Assembly: GCA_020850635.1 (NCBI GenBank)
Contig: JADZEH010000024.1
Coordinates: 8,617-72,616 of the forward strand
Source: Candidatus Doudnabacteria bacterium
Lineage (GTDB): Bacteria; Patescibacteriota; Doudnabacteria; UBA920
DNA: 64,000 nucleotides
Direction of reading: 5' to 3'
The stretch's first letter is position 1; the number at the start of each line of letters is the position of its first letter. This document shows, in pieces, positions 30,749 through 42,000 of the stretch. The notes beneath the pieces were generated by a model, which was given only the letters and a program-made list of their open reading frames with translations, was not told the DNA's origin and searched no databases. The translations under genes and the position numbers were made by a program.

Positions 30749-31600
30749 TTAAGGACTGGCATCAGCCCAAGCTGCGCCGGTACAAATCCACAAAATAGCG
30801 GCATCAGTCTCAACGTAAATTCTTCCAGCTTCTCCAGCTGCGTCACAATCGGTACCGGTAGGGGTAGCTGTTCCTGAAGGGATTTCTAGTAAACCAGCAA
30901 TGTTTGTAGTAGAGGTTGCGTGACCTATGTTAACTACATCTGTGGAAGGAACACCCTGAGTAGCAACAATGTTAACGGTTCTTGTACCAGCTAAAGCAGC
31001 TGCATTAGAAATGTTAACAGTTGTATTTCCACTACCCAGTGTATTGTTTGCAATGTTAAGAGTAGTTGTTGTGCCAGCGGCATTTACACCATTGGCAATA
31101 TTTACGGTTTGAATGTTTGTGCCACTTAAGTTAGCAGAACCAATATTAATAATATTTGAAGTACCGTTTGATTGACCAATAGTAATGGTACCTGTCTGAG
31201 CTGTTCCACCGATAGTGATTGTACCAGTAGTCATCGCGGCACCAATAGCAACGGATCCAGCGGTTTGAGTATTACCGATAGCGATAACGTTAGCTCCGGT
31301 TCCACCAACGCTAATGGTTTTAACCACAGCGGCACCAGTACCAATGTTAATTGTCTGTGCGGCTGTTCCAGTTCCCAAGCCAATGGTACCAGTTTGTCCC
31401 GTACCACCTAAAGTCAAAGTTCCAGCAACTGCAGCAGAACCAAGAACGATATCAGAACCTGCAGCAGCTTCCATTGATAAAGCACCATCGCTAGTAACAG
31501 CTAGGGCACCTACAGTCAAAGCTGCTCCGGCAGAACCCGGAACCATCAACGCGATAATTGCCAAACTCGCGGTGGCAATTTGCATTCCTTTTAGTTTCAT
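30749..31600 (-). CDS. Secreted T/G/A-rich repetitive (beta-helix-like) surface protein
   Basis: Signal peptide ending AGA/A; about 10-12 aa repeats such as TGTI.IG and TVNIAN; C-terminal DCDAAGEAGRIYV...WICTGAAW. Confidence 0.65.
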   Translation of the reverse strand: MKLKGMQIATASLAIIALMVPGSAGAALTVGALAVTSDGALSMEAAAGSDIVLGSAAVAGTLTLGGTGQTGTIGLGTGTAAQTINIGTGAAVVKTISVGGTGANVIAIGNTQTAGSVAIGAAMTTGTITIGGTAQTGTITIGQSNGTSNIINIGSANLSGTNIQTVNIANGVNAAGTTTTLNIANNTLGSGNTTVNISNAAALAGTRTVNIVATQGVPSTDVVNIGHATSTTNIAGLLEIPSGTATPTGTDCDAAGEAGRIYVETDAAILWICTGAAWADASP

Positions 31601-31695
31601 TTTATCTTTCCTTTATTTCAAATATTTTCTATTTGAACAAGTTATTTTATGCATTAATTATACCACACTTTTAATACGCAAGGTGGATAACCTCG

Positions 31696-33012
<1,317 letters not shown>

Positions 33013-33065
33013 TTATTATACAAAGGATTGAGAGAAATAAAAAGAGCCGCAACATGCGGCACTAG

Positions 33066-33608
33066 TTAAACGATAAACTCGTGAATCGTTTCGTTATCAA
33101 GATCTCTTTCTTTAACATCACTAAATAAATGGTACATCAAGCGAATAATTCCAGCATGGGTGATAGCTAATATCACTTTATCATCTGTATGAGTTTGTCT
33201 GAGAAAATCAAGAAAAGTAGTTACACGTTTTTTTACATCGTTAAAATCTTCGCCACCAAACTCATGGTAGTCATATTCCTGTCTGAAATCTTTGTGTCGA
33301 TAGTCTGGCCCAAACTCTTCCAGAATATCTTTCCATGATCGGCCATTTAGAGAGCCGAAGTCGCGTTCAATTAATTCATCCCTATAGACAACAGGTAATT
33401 TAAGCTTTGTCGAAACAACTTCTGCCGTCTGATGCGTCCGCATTAAAGGCGAGGCGTAAATGGCATCAATATGATGTTCGGTGAGCTGGTCGGCCATTAC
33501 TGCAACTTGTTTCTCACCCACTTCGTTAATTGGCAAGTCCAAGTGACCATAGACTATCTCATTTTTATTACCATCTGTTTGCCCATGACGGATCATCAGT
33601 AATTTCAT
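33066..33608 (-). CDS. Histidine phosphatase (phosphoglycerate mutase family)
   Basis: RHGQT, SPLMRTHQTA, ERDFG, THAG; directly upstream of eno. Confidence 0.9.
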   Translation of the reverse strand: MKLLMIRHGQTDGNKNEIVYGHLDLPINEVGEKQVAVMADQLTEHHIDAIYASPLMRTHQTAEVVSTKLKLPVVYRDELIERDFGSLNGRSWKDILEEFGPDYRHKDFRQEYDYHEFGGEDFNDVKKRVTTFLDFLRQTHTDDKVILAITHAGIIRLMYHLFSDVKERDLDNETIHEFIV

Positions 33609-34310
33609 CTATTTTCCCATTCTTCGTTCACGCTTGGCAAAATCTGCGAGCGCAAGTTCTAATTGATCAACGTTAAAAGCGGGCCACAACGTTTCGGTAA
33701 AATAAAATTGGCTGTTAGCTGTATGCCACATCATAAATCCTGCTGACCAGTGTGGTTCACCGCCAGTACGTACTACTAAATCGACTTCTGGTAGAAACCC
33801 AGTAGACAATGATTGTTTGACGTCTTCATAGGAAAGTTTTTGGTCAGTGGGGTTTAACTTTGGGATCGCATCAAGCATTTCTTCAATTCCACTGTATCCA
33901 AATAACACAGTGATAGTACGTTTTGTAAAATGGGCTGTTTTGCTTTCTAAGTCAGTAATAGATTTTGCTAAATCGGTATCGTTTAAAATCTCATTCCATT
34001 TCCCAACCACCCGAACTTTAATTTCATTTTTAATTAACTCTTCAAGCAATTTTGAATCAGATGATTTGCTTTTTGCTATAAAAGCAAGGAATTGAACTTC
34101 AAAGGGGGTTCTTTTTCGTAAGTTATCACCGGATGCTCCCCAAAAAGTAACGTAGTTTACGCCTTTCTTAAACAAGGCTTCACTGAGTTCCCAGAAACGT
34201 TTAATCCCTTCTTCATGCCCTGCAGTGGGCACAAGCCCTTGGCTCTTAGCCCAACGACGATTTCCGTCTGGAATAAGCGCTACGTGATTCGGTATATTTT
34301 CATCAGTCAT
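33609..34310 (-). CDS. uppS: Undecaprenyl diphosphate synthase (probable start ATG 34310)
   Basis: PNHVALIPDGNRRWA, DLVVRTGGE, LWPAF, RERRMGK. Confidence 0.93.
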   Translation of the reverse strand: MTDENIPNHVALIPDGNRRWAKSQGLVPTAGHEEGIKRFWELSEALFKKGVNYVTFWGASGDNLRKRTPFEVQFLAFIAKSKSSDSKLLEELIKNEIKVRVVGKWNEILNDTDLAKSITDLESKTAHFTKRTITVLFGYSGIEEMLDAIPKLNPTDQKLSYEDVKQSLSTGFLPEVDLVVRTGGEPHWSAGFMMWHTANSQFYFTETLWPAFNVDQLELALADFAKRERRMGK

Positions 34311-34361
34311 ACAACTGATTGTATCATACAAAAACGCCCCAGAATAGGGACGTTTTGAAGT

Positions 34362-35852
34362 TTAATCTTTAGGAACAGTATGCCAGTAAATCTTGCTTGG
34401 ATCAGGGCGATTATTGCGTCTGTTAGGCTTACTACCAAACGGAGATTTGGCTGCACTTGGGCCTGTAGGACGCTGTGGTCGACCAGACTGAGAACTTGGA
34501 CCGCTGGGACGAGTAGTCCCCGCGCTTGGCCCTGAAGGACGAACTGGTCTGTCTGATTGAGCTGAATGAGCTCGTGGGCCACTAGGGCGAGCTGAGGAAC
34601 GAGGAGAACTGGAGACTGATCGAGTACTTCCGTAACTTGGACGAGTATTTGGTCTTGAACCAAACGAACGAGGAGGTCGGCTTGAACGCTCTGGTCGTTC
34701 TGGTCCTTCTAAAACAACGGCTTGTAAATTTTTGGGAGTTTCTTTAACAGGCAACGGCATTTTGATAACGCGTTCAATACTGCGAACATCAAATTTTTGA
34801 TCTGGCGTGACGAAAGAAATGGCTTTACCGATTTTTCCCGCACGAGCAGTACGACCAATTCGATGGACATAATCTTCAGCGTGTTCTGGTAAATCGTAGT
34901 TAACGACTAAGTTAATCCCGGAAACATCAATCCCGCGAGCCGCAATATCTGTTGCGACTAAAACGCGGTACTTTCCACTTTTGAAACCAGCCAAAGCTTC
35001 TTTGCGTTGAGACAAAGAACGATTGGAGTGAATTTCGGCAGCAGTGCTACCAAGTTTATTAATATGATGAGTAACTTTCTTGGCTCCGTACTTGGTACGA
35101 GTGAACACTAAAATAGTTTGATGACTTTCTTCAAGCAATTGCTGAAGTAAAGCCGGCTTTTCTTTGGGATGAACGAAAATGATTTCTTGAGTAACTTTTT
35201 CTGCAGTAGAACCAGCTGGCGCAACTTCCACACGAACAGGTAACTGCATGTAAGAGGTAGCTAAGGCAACAATTTCATTAGGCATGGTTGCAGAAAACAA
35301 CATGGTCTGACGATTGGTTGGCATCTTTTTGAAAACTTCTTTAATCTGAGGCGCAAAACCCATATCGAGCATACGATCAGCTTCATCTAAAACGACAACG
35401 CGAACTTTGTCGAGTTTAACTGTGCCTTGCTTTAAATGATCATTCAAACGACCAGGAGTCGCAATGAAAACATGAGGCTGCAGGCGCAAGCTACGAATTT
35501 GTTTAGAGATAGGCTCACCACCAATAAGCACGGTGGTCTTGAGACCGAGATCTCTACCGATGACGTGAAGTGATTCCTCAACTTGCAAAGCCAGTTCGCG
35601 AGTTGGAACAACAACTAAACCGTTGTTACCTTTGTGCTCACTTAAACGCTGAAGCATCGGAATACCGAAAGCTAAAGTTTTTCCGGTACCAGTTTGAGCA
35701 ATACCAATGACATCTGTACCAGTAATAGCCACAGGAATGGCCTGAGCCTGGATAGGAGTTGGTGTTGTGTACTTATTTTTTTCGAGTATCGTGAGAAACT
35801 TCTGATCAATGCCTAAAGAGGCAAAACCTTGTTCTGAGTGTGTAGTATCCAT
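34362..35852 (-). CDS. DEAD-box RNA helicase with R/P/S-rich basic tail
   Basis: PTPIQ, AQTGTGKT, PTRELA, TPGRL, DEAD, SAT, ARGID, HRIGRTAR. Confidence 0.97.
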   Translation of the reverse strand: MDTTHSEQGFASLGIDQKFLTILEKNKYTTPTPIQAQAIPVAITGTDVIGIAQTGTGKTLAFGIPMLQRLSEHKGNNGLVVVPTRELALQVEESLHVIGRDLGLKTTVLIGGEPISKQIRSLRLQPHVFIATPGRLNDHLKQGTVKLDKVRVVVLDEADRMLDMGFAPQIKEVFKKMPTNRQTMLFSATMPNEIVALATSYMQLPVRVEVAPAGSTAEKVTQEIIFVHPKEKPALLQQLLEESHQTILVFTRTKYGAKKVTHHINKLGSTAAEIHSNRSLSQRKEALAGFKSGKYRVLVATDIAARGIDVSGINLVVNYDLPEHAEDYVHRIGRTARAGKIGKAISFVTPDQKFDVRSIERVIKMPLPVKETPKNLQAVVLEGPERPERSSRPPRSFGSRPNTRPSYGSTRSVSSSPRSSARPSGPRAHSAQSDRPVRPSGPSAGTTRPSGPSSQSGRPQRPTGPSAAKSPFGSKPNRRNNRPDPSKIYWHTVPKD

Positions 35853-35954
35853 AAAAAAATTCTGACCCCATTCCTTGGGCCAGAAAAATTCAGAGCATTA
35901 AGGTCAGAGTCTATTAATATCAATGATTATAACATAGAACTATTCATTTGTCAA
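35853..35954 (-). promoter_or_regulatory. Consensus promoter and terminator-like 5' leader of the DEAD-box helicase gene
   Basis: TTGACA-17-TATAAT (35954..35926); leader hairpin TTCTGGCCC/GGGTCAGAA followed by T7 directly before ATG. Confidence 0.7.
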
Positions 35955-35966
35955 AAGAATACCCTT

Positions 35967-37376
35967 TTATTTTATCTCTACGGTATAACCTTTTTCCGGC
36001 ATAGTTACGCTAACATTTGGATGACTGGCCTGAAGAGCCTCAACGAATGCCGTTCCTTGATCAACTTCAGTATGAACTACGAAAATCGATTTCAAACCCT
36101 TTAACTGCTTAATATAGTTCAATAAACCATTTTGATCAGCGTGAGCACTCAATTCATTGATCTTGCGAATCTGAGCTTTAACATGAAATTGCTTCCCAAA
36201 AATTCTCACCGGGCTTATTCCTTCAATAATTTTTCGACCAAGGGTATGCTGGGCTTGATACCCGGTAAACATAATAATACTGTTGGGATCTTCAATATTG
36301 TGCTTGAGGTGATGAAGAATACGGCCACCTTCAGCCATACCCGAAGCTGAAATAATCATCATCGGACCTTTCATATCGTTAATCGCTTTAGATTCTTCGA
36401 CGGAATGAGTGTAAATTAAATTTCGAAAAGCCAAAGGAGCCTCCCCTTTTGAACCAAACGCCACCCATGATTCATGGTCGAAGTCTTCTGCGTGCGCCAT
36501 GAAAACATCAGTGAGATGACCAGCTAGTGGACTATCTATATATATCGGCAAACGAGGGATTTCACCATCGTCAGTTAACTCATGAAGTAAATACACTAAC
36601 TCTTGAGTGCGACCAAGTGAAAAGGCTGGAACAATAATTTTGCTTTTGTGCTTGTAAGCATATTCAATCAGCTCACGCAATTCTTTTTTCGCATCATTAA
36701 TCGGACGATGATTACGAAAACCATAAGTCGCCTCAGTTAGAAATGTTTCAACAGGTTCCTGAATAACTTCGGGTGCGTGTAAAATTGGCGCAGGTGCTCG
36801 TCCTAAGTCTCCTGTAAATCCTAGGCTGTGAGTTTTCCCATTCTCGACACACTCTAAATAGATAACACTCGAACCTAAAATGTGACCGGCATCATAAAGC
36901 TTGAAGCGAATCCGCTCATTGAGAATTGTCCATTGTGGTCGAATTCTAAAGTATGGAATGGGCCGAACCTGTTTCATCATTATCTCTACGTCTTCAGTTG
37001 TATAAAGGGGTGAGATTGGGTCTTCGCCCTCTGGTAAACGATTATTATAGTACTCGGCATCTTGTTCTTGAATCTTGGCCGAATCGAGAAGAATCCAGCG
37101 CATCACTTCGGCTGTGGCGTTGGTACAATAGATATGACCAGTAAAACCTTGCTTGACGAGCAGGGGCAACATCCCGCAGTGATCTGCATGTCCATGAGAG
37201 ACAATCACCGCATTTATAGAACGAGCTTCGAATGGTAATTCACTATTTTGCTCACGGGCTTCACTACGACGTCCTTGAAACAAACCGCAATCTAAAAGCA
37301 CTCGATACCCTTGGGATTGAATCAAGTGTTTAGAACCAGTAACGTTTTGTGCGGCACCATAAAAAGTAATTTGCAT
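35967..37376 (-). CDS. MBL-fold beta-CASP ribonuclease (probable start ATG 37376)
   Basis: GAAQNVTGS, LLDCG, SHGHADHCG, AGHILGS, GDLG, EATYG, SAHAD. Confidence 0.92.
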   Translation of the reverse strand: MQITFYGAAQNVTGSKHLIQSQGYRVLLDCGLFQGRRSEAREQNSELPFEARSINAVIVSHGHADHCGMLPLLVKQGFTGHIYCTNATAEVMRWILLDSAKIQEQDAEYYNNRLPEGEDPISPLYTTEDVEIMMKQVRPIPYFRIRPQWTILNERIRFKLYDAGHILGSSVIYLECVENGKTHSLGFTGDLGRAPAPILHAPEVIQEPVETFLTEATYGFRNHRPINDAKKELRELIEYAYKHKSKIIVPAFSLGRTQELVYLLHELTDDGEIPRLPIYIDSPLAGHLTDVFMAHAEDFDHESWVAFGSKGEAPLAFRNLIYTHSVEESKAINDMKGPMMIISASGMAEGGRILHHLKHNIEDPNSIIMFTGYQAQHTLGRKIIEGISPVRIFGKQFHVKAQIRKINELSAHADQNGLLNYIKQLKGLKSIFVVHTEVDQGTAFVEALQASHPNVSVTMPEKGYTVEIK

Positions 37377-37399
37377 TTTTGTTTTTGCAAGACCCAATT

Positions 37400-38461
37400 T
37401 TATTTCTTAGGATTTTTGTCGGCGATTTGCTTCTGTCTATTGTGTTCAATAATTTTAAGGTAAACTTTCTCGTAACCAGTCACCATTTTTTCAACACTGA
37501 AATATTTTAAGGCACGCTTACGAGTCGCTTCCCGACTGATTTTATCAATAGATTTTATAGCTCGAACCATTTCCCCAACTGAATTAACCACATAACCACT
37601 TTCTTTATGTTGAACGACTTCTGGCACCGAACCCTTGTTCCAACCAATAACCGGGGTACCGCAAGACATCGCTTCGATCATAACCAAACCAAACACTTCA
37701 TCATACTGAGTTGGAAACAACAAACCTTTCGCGTTCTGTAAATATTTTACTTTCTCAGTTACACCAACATGGCCGATAAACTTGATTGTTTTTCCATTAA
37801 TAAATGGCTCGATCTTGCTTTGCCAGTATTTTTCATCAGGGTAACTATTGCCAGCAATTATTAAATTTACACCAGCAGTAATCGCCGCTTCAATAGCCAA
37901 GTGAACTCCTTTTTCATCTGTAATACGACCGATATAAAAGAAGTAGTCTTCTGGGTGAGGGTTAAAGCTAAACAAAGACGTATCAATCCCGTGGTAAATA
38001 TTAGCTGCCCAGTTTAGCTCTGGCATCTGTTTGCGTTGAGCTAAAGAAAAAGAAACGTAATAATTTTTAGGAAAAAATTGTAAAACTTTTTTAATATGCT
38101 CATCGAGCGGACTATGAACTGACTGTAGGGTTGGCGTTTTGACTAACCCGCTATAATATGAACTTAACAACGAAAAGTGTGAATGAATAATATCAAACTC
38201 ACTAGCTTTTTCGTAACACTTTGAAATAAGAACGTGTAAGTACTGCTTACGTAAATACTCCGCTAACCCAGCTTCACGAGTTGCAATTGGTGATACCGCT
38301 TGAAGAGTTGCATTTGTAACCGAATCCCCACTGCCAAAAAGCGTAACATCGTTACCACGTGACACAAGGCCATTAGTTAACCAGGCAGCTTGGGAATAGA
38401 TTCCCATACCGCTATGTGGATTAACCGCATATTCGTTTGAGACAAGCTGAGCTATTCTCAT
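37400..38461 (-). CDS. Glycosyltransferase family 4
   Basis: GRITDEKG, EVFGLVMIEAMSCGTPVI. Confidence 0.9.
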   Translation of the reverse strand: MRIAQLVSNEYAVNPHSGMGIYSQAAWLTNGLVSRGNDVTLFGSGDSVTNATLQAVSPIATREAGLAEYLRKQYLHVLISKCYEKASEFDIIHSHFSLLSSYYSGLVKTPTLQSVHSPLDEHIKKVLQFFPKNYYVSFSLAQRKQMPELNWAANIYHGIDTSLFSFNPHPEDYFFYIGRITDEKGVHLAIEAAITAGVNLIIAGNSYPDEKYWQSKIEPFINGKTIKFIGHVGVTEKVKYLQNAKGLLFPTQYDEVFGLVMIEAMSCGTPVIGWNKGSVPEVVQHKESGYVVNSVGEMVRAIKSIDKISREATRKRALKYFSVEKMVTGYEKVYLKIIEHNRQKQIADKNPKK

Positions 38462-39663
38462 TTCTTTGATATTACTTTTTTAAATAGACTCTCATACTGT
38501 TTAAAGATTGCCTCTGGATGATTATGGCTTATAATATAATTGACCAACTTCTTTGGTGGGGATGTTTTTGCTATCTTTTTGATTTTTCCGATGACCGTCT
38601 TAGGATTGTTAAATTGAGTAATCCAAGCGTTAAGTCCGAATTGTTTAAGCATATCCCCTGTGCCAACAGTTGGAGAAACTATAACTGGGCGGCCTTGCAA
38701 CAAAGCTTCGATAACTACACCGCAGAAAGTTTCAAAATATGATGGTACAACAATTAAATCCATTTCCTGATAAAACTTTTTGAGTTTCTCAGGTGGCATC
38801 GGATCAATTTGAGTTATGTAATTATTAAAAGATTTTACATGAGCATCAAGCCACGAATTCGGCACTGGATTTGTGACTGCGTAAAATTCCCAGGCCAAGC
38901 CCTGCTTTCTGGCTTCTTTTGCAATCGCGATGTATGCTGGAAAATTCTTAACTGCATCCCATCTTGCAACTATCCCAATCTTGATGACTTTCTTATCTTT
39001 GGTAAATGGTTTTGCTTTTACTTTGCTGACAAAAACTGGATTGTATGGCAACGCAATGTACTCAACTTGAGACTTAGGAACTTTCAATAAACGTTTAGAA
39101 TACTCTCGCTGACTCAAGGGCGTTAAGAAGATATTCTTTTTCGAATACCTCGCTAAATCTGATTCAACTTTACGACGAAACTCTAAATCATTTTTACTAA
39201 AAATTTTCTTAACTCTCTGAACGGCTTCTGTTTCTTTAATCCATAAGCCATGGTGAGTAGCCACAATAGGAATGCCAGCACGGTGAGCCGCAATAAAAAG
39301 CAAATAAGCCAAGGCTGAAAAACCGTTCATAAAGAACAAGTCCGGTTTCTGCGCGTTGATTATGCTCGCGAGTTTATCTAAAACCTTTCTTACGTCCTTA
39401 CTTTCTTTCCCAGAGTGAATTTTCAAAATTTCAGCGGTAGGAATCCAAAGTTTTACCACAATCCACTGATGCTTACCCCGCTTAAAAGTTTTGTAACTGA
39501 TTCCTAGCTTTTTGTCTTTAGGTCGTTCAAACACAAACGCAATATAACTATGCTTGGTTTTATCCCAATACATAGCAAACATGTTGGTAAAGTGCTGTGC
39601 CCCAACATAACCACTACCTAAGTTCTTTAAAAACTCGCGGTGACTGTTAAATAAAATTTTCAT
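38458..39663 (-). CDS. Glycosyltransferase family 4, lysine-rich
   Basis: ARWDAVKN, PSYFETFCGVVIEALLQGRPVIVS. Confidence 0.82.
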   Translation of the reverse strand: MKILFNSHREFLKNLGSGYVGAQHFTNMFAMYWDKTKHSYIAFVFERPKDKKLGISYKTFKRGKHQWIVVKLWIPTAEILKIHSGKESKDVRKVLDKLASIINAQKPDLFFMNGFSALAYLLFIAAHRAGIPIVATHHGLWIKETEAVQRVKKIFSKNDLEFRRKVESDLARYSKKNIFLTPLSQREYSKRLLKVPKSQVEYIALPYNPVFVSKVKAKPFTKDKKVIKIGIVARWDAVKNFPAYIAIAKEARKQGLAWEFYAVTNPVPNSWLDAHVKSFNNYITQIDPMPPEKLKKFYQEMDLIVVPSYFETFCGVVIEALLQGRPVIVSPTVGTGDMLKQFGLNAWITQFNNPKTVIGKIKKIAKTSPPKKLVNYIISHNHPEAIFKQYESLFKKVISKK

Positions 39664-39687
39664 TTGCTGTTTTGATTTTTATATCAA

Positions 39688-40050
39688 CTACCTTACTGCT
39701 TTGCGATAACGCAACGGTCGAAGTGTAAACTTGGCGTCAGCAGCTAACTGGGAAATTTCTAACAACTGTTTTATCTTTTGGGTGAACAATTCTTTTTCTT
39801 TTTTTTGTGTCGCATCTTTACCCGTGAGAGCTTTGACTTCTTTTTCAAATTTGATTAGTTCTGGAGAGTAGTCATTATATTCAACTTTGCCATTAATCAG
39901 ACCGAGAAGCATGGCAATAATCTCATCTTCAATTACAGCAAACTTCACTCGAAGCATATTCGCAGCTTCTGAAGAGAGCTTGTCAGCAAAAGGAGTCGTA
40001 TGGTAGTTGCGCATTTCTACCAAGATTTTTTCTTTATTCGGTGAGGCCAT
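39688..40050 (-). CDS. Hypothetical helical protein
   Basis: Clean 120-aa ORF, same strand as neighbours, host-like codon use. Confidence 0.6.
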   Translation of the reverse strand: MASPNKEKILVEMRNYHTTPFADKLSSEAANMLRVKFAVIEDEIIAMLLGLINGKVEYNDYSPELIKFEKEVKALTGKDATQKKEKELFTQKIKQLLEISQLAADAKFTLRPLRYRKAVR

Positions 40051-40162
40051 ACGAGTGATTAATTAAGGCTATATCTCTATATTACTCCTATTTTGGGAAT
40101 AAAGATAGGGGTAAAGGATACTAAAAACACCGCGAGAGGCGGTGCTTTGAGAAAAACCCTAC

Positions 40163-40717
40163 TTATTTGAACTCGGCATAACTAAACAAAACAGAGAATG
40201 CTTTACACCAAATAAGGACTTTGTTGTACTTGCTGATATCGGTTCCTTCGGGAACTGTGTAATTTACATTTCCTTGTGTCGCTTTTAAATCACCCAAACT
40301 TACATAGTCGGCATCACCTAATTCGGATGATAAGTAAACATCGACATCTGGTCCATTGATAGTTTCAAAATTCTCGAATCGGACTACATGCTTACCATTC
40401 TGTTCAATGAGTATGGCCTTTCCAGAAACAGCGTGCGCCCGAGGTTTAAACTCAGCTGAGGCGACTATCTTAGCTTGATTTGATGGTACAGAATCAGACA
40501 TAACCATGACTTTATCTTTCATAGCCAAGGTCTCTTGTTCAAATCGCTCTTTGGTTTCAGGACTCATATTATCCAGATCATCCTTAACTACTTGAGAACC
40601 TACGGTGAGTGGTGATTCTTCATTCAACTCTTTGTTATTCCAAAACGGGGATATCAAATAATATGCAATCCCTAAAACCACTATTATCCCAACACTTAGT
40701 AAAACTTTTTTATTCAT
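40163..40717 (-). CDS. DM13 domain protein, N-terminal anchor
   Basis: HAVSGKA, NGPDVDVYLS, LGDLKATQGNVNY, VLIWCKAFSVLFSYA. Confidence 0.9.
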   Translation of the reverse strand: MNKKVLLSVGIIVVLGIAYYLISPFWNNKELNEESPLTVGSQVVKDDLDNMSPETKERFEQETLAMKDKVMVMSDSVPSNQAKIVASAEFKPRAHAVSGKAILIEQNGKHVVRFENFETINGPDVDVYLSSELGDADYVSLGDLKATQGNVNYTVPEGTDISKYNKVLIWCKAFSVLFSYAEFK

Positions 40718-40786
40718 ATGCTTGCATTAAAAATTTAACTACTTCTAACTTACTTGTTTAAAAGTATAACAAAAATCGCCACCTTG

Positions 40787-40860
40787 TGGCAGGGGCTGTA
40801 GGAATCGAACCTACGCAAATGGTTTTGGAGACCATTGTACTACCATTATACGAAGCCCCC
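40787..40860 (-). tRNA. tRNA-Trp (CCA)
   Basis: GGGGGCTTCGTATAATGGTAGTACA-ATGGT-CTCCAAA-ACCAT...GTTCGATTCC...GCCA. Confidence 0.96.
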
Positions 40861-40930
40861 ATCAAAAGATGGTGATTATGTGCTAACCCAGTAAGTATAG
40901 CAAACCCCGAGGCTGTCCCCGGGGTAAATA

Positions 40931-41086
40931 CTACTTGGTTTCTTTGTGAACAGACATTTTCTTGCAGTGCTTACAAAACTTCTTGATTTCCAAGCGAGCT
41001 GGGGTGTTTTTCTTGTTCTTGCTCGTCATGTAATTCAAGTTTTTGCAAACCGTACATTCCAAATCGATTCGGTTATCTTGAGACAT
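40931..41086 (-). CDS. rpmG: 50S ribosomal protein L33, zinc-binding form (below the ORF-track cutoff)
   Basis: [51 protein letters not shown]. Confidence 0.96.
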   Translation of the reverse strand: MSQDNRIDLECTVCKNLNYMTSKNKKNTPARLEIKKFCKHCKKMSVHKETK

Positions 41087-41159
41087 AAAAAATGTTTTAA
41101 GTTGTTACAATTGTTTCAGCTATTGCAGCCAGGATCCGTTGGATACTTTTCTGAAACTA

Positions 41160-41235
41160 TGGAGCCGGCTGTCGGACTCGAACCGACCACCTACGGTTTA
41201 CAAAACCGTTGCTCTACCAGATGAGCTAAGCCGGC
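41160..41235 (-). tRNA. tRNA-Thr (TGT)
   Basis: GCCGGCTTAGCTCA...ACGGT-TTTGTAA-ACCGT...GTTCGAGTCC...TCCA. Confidence 0.97.
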
Positions 41236-41320
41236 ATCTAAAACTGACTTTTATTGCGTAGATAAAAGCCAAAATATTGTACCATAAACCCTGGAAAAAA
41301 TCCAGTCTTAATATAGTCGA

Positions 41321-41349
41321 TTGACATCAGCAGAAATTTATAGCATAAT
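41321..41349 (+). promoter_or_regulatory. Sigma70-type promoter of the orphan cassette
   Basis: TTGACA-17 nt-CATAAT. Confidence 0.75.
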
Positions 41350-41398
41350 ACTCAATCGACAGACACCAAATTCTGACGAGCTTCTAAGGAGGAGACCG

Positions 41399-41932
41399 AT
41401 GACTTTTGACCGCAGAGATAACGAACCATATCTCAAGCTCAACGACCAACTATACCAACGAACGTTAAGCGGAAGTATGGCAACAAACCATGCCCTGTTT
41501 CACTCCATCGTCATAGAGGCGATGAAGATGTTCGCAGACGTGCCCGGATGGGAGGAAAGAACTGGAGCGTACTGGGCAATTGCGGGCATCTACACCGAAG
41601 AGTCTTACGCTGCGGGCTACGCGGGTAACAACGGTTACTCAGCAGGTGAACAATTTCGATTGCGATGCAAAGAAAAGCTGGCACGTTTGGCGTCGCACCG
41701 ACATCACTTGAGCAGTGCCGAAAGCCGGAACCCTGATCGGCTCCAATTCGGAGGAGCGATCCGTACCAACTGGTACATGCTCTCGATGTCGGGACTACCC
41801 GAAGACGGCGACGAAATCTGCGTGCTCAAATTCGCTGTGGAGCGCTCCTGGCTCACCGACGACCAGGCAAAGCAGATCGCCGAGATCAGCGACAACTGGC
41901 TTTGGAAAGAGTTCTCTGAATTGCTCTTCTAG
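41399..41932 (+). CDS. Hypothetical protein with a GlcG/HbpS-like C-terminus (probable start ATG 41399)
   Basis: AAGGAGGAG SD; FGGAIR...MSGLPEDGDEICVL resembles the GG..I...GVSG...DE motif of GlcG-like proteins; about 57% GC sampled. Confidence 0.6.
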   Translation: MTFDRRDNEPYLKLNDQLYQRTLSGSMATNHALFHSIVIEAMKMFADVPGWEERTGAYWAIAGIYTEESYAAGYAGNNGYSAGEQFRLRCKEKLARLASHRHHLSSAESRNPDRLQFGGAIRTNWYMLSMSGLPEDGDEICVLKFAVERSWLTDDQAKQIAEISDNWLWKEFSELLF

Positions 41933-41962
41933 CAGACTGCGCCACAACGGCGCGACGTTCCA

Positions 41963-42000
41963 CCCTGCCCCTCCATCTCGGAGCGGCAGGGGATTTTTTT
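41963..42000 (+). terminator. Intrinsic terminator of the orphan cassette
   Basis: CCCTGCC.CTCC-ATCTC-GGAG.GGCAGGG then a T tract. Confidence 0.75.

Noticed and set aside
14720-31600. Diversity-generating retroelement TR/VR pair in the surface proteins
   Set aside because: No reverse transcriptase in the window and no near-identical repeat differing only at adenines was seen
40946-41224. 92-aa + strand ORF
   Set aside because: Antisense to rpmG and tRNA-Thr
41321-41398. ORF-track TTG start of the 203-aa ORF (same issue for the TTG start at 55443)
   Set aside because: The TTG is the first half of a TTGACA -35 box; a strong SD and ATG lie downstream (41399 and 55497)
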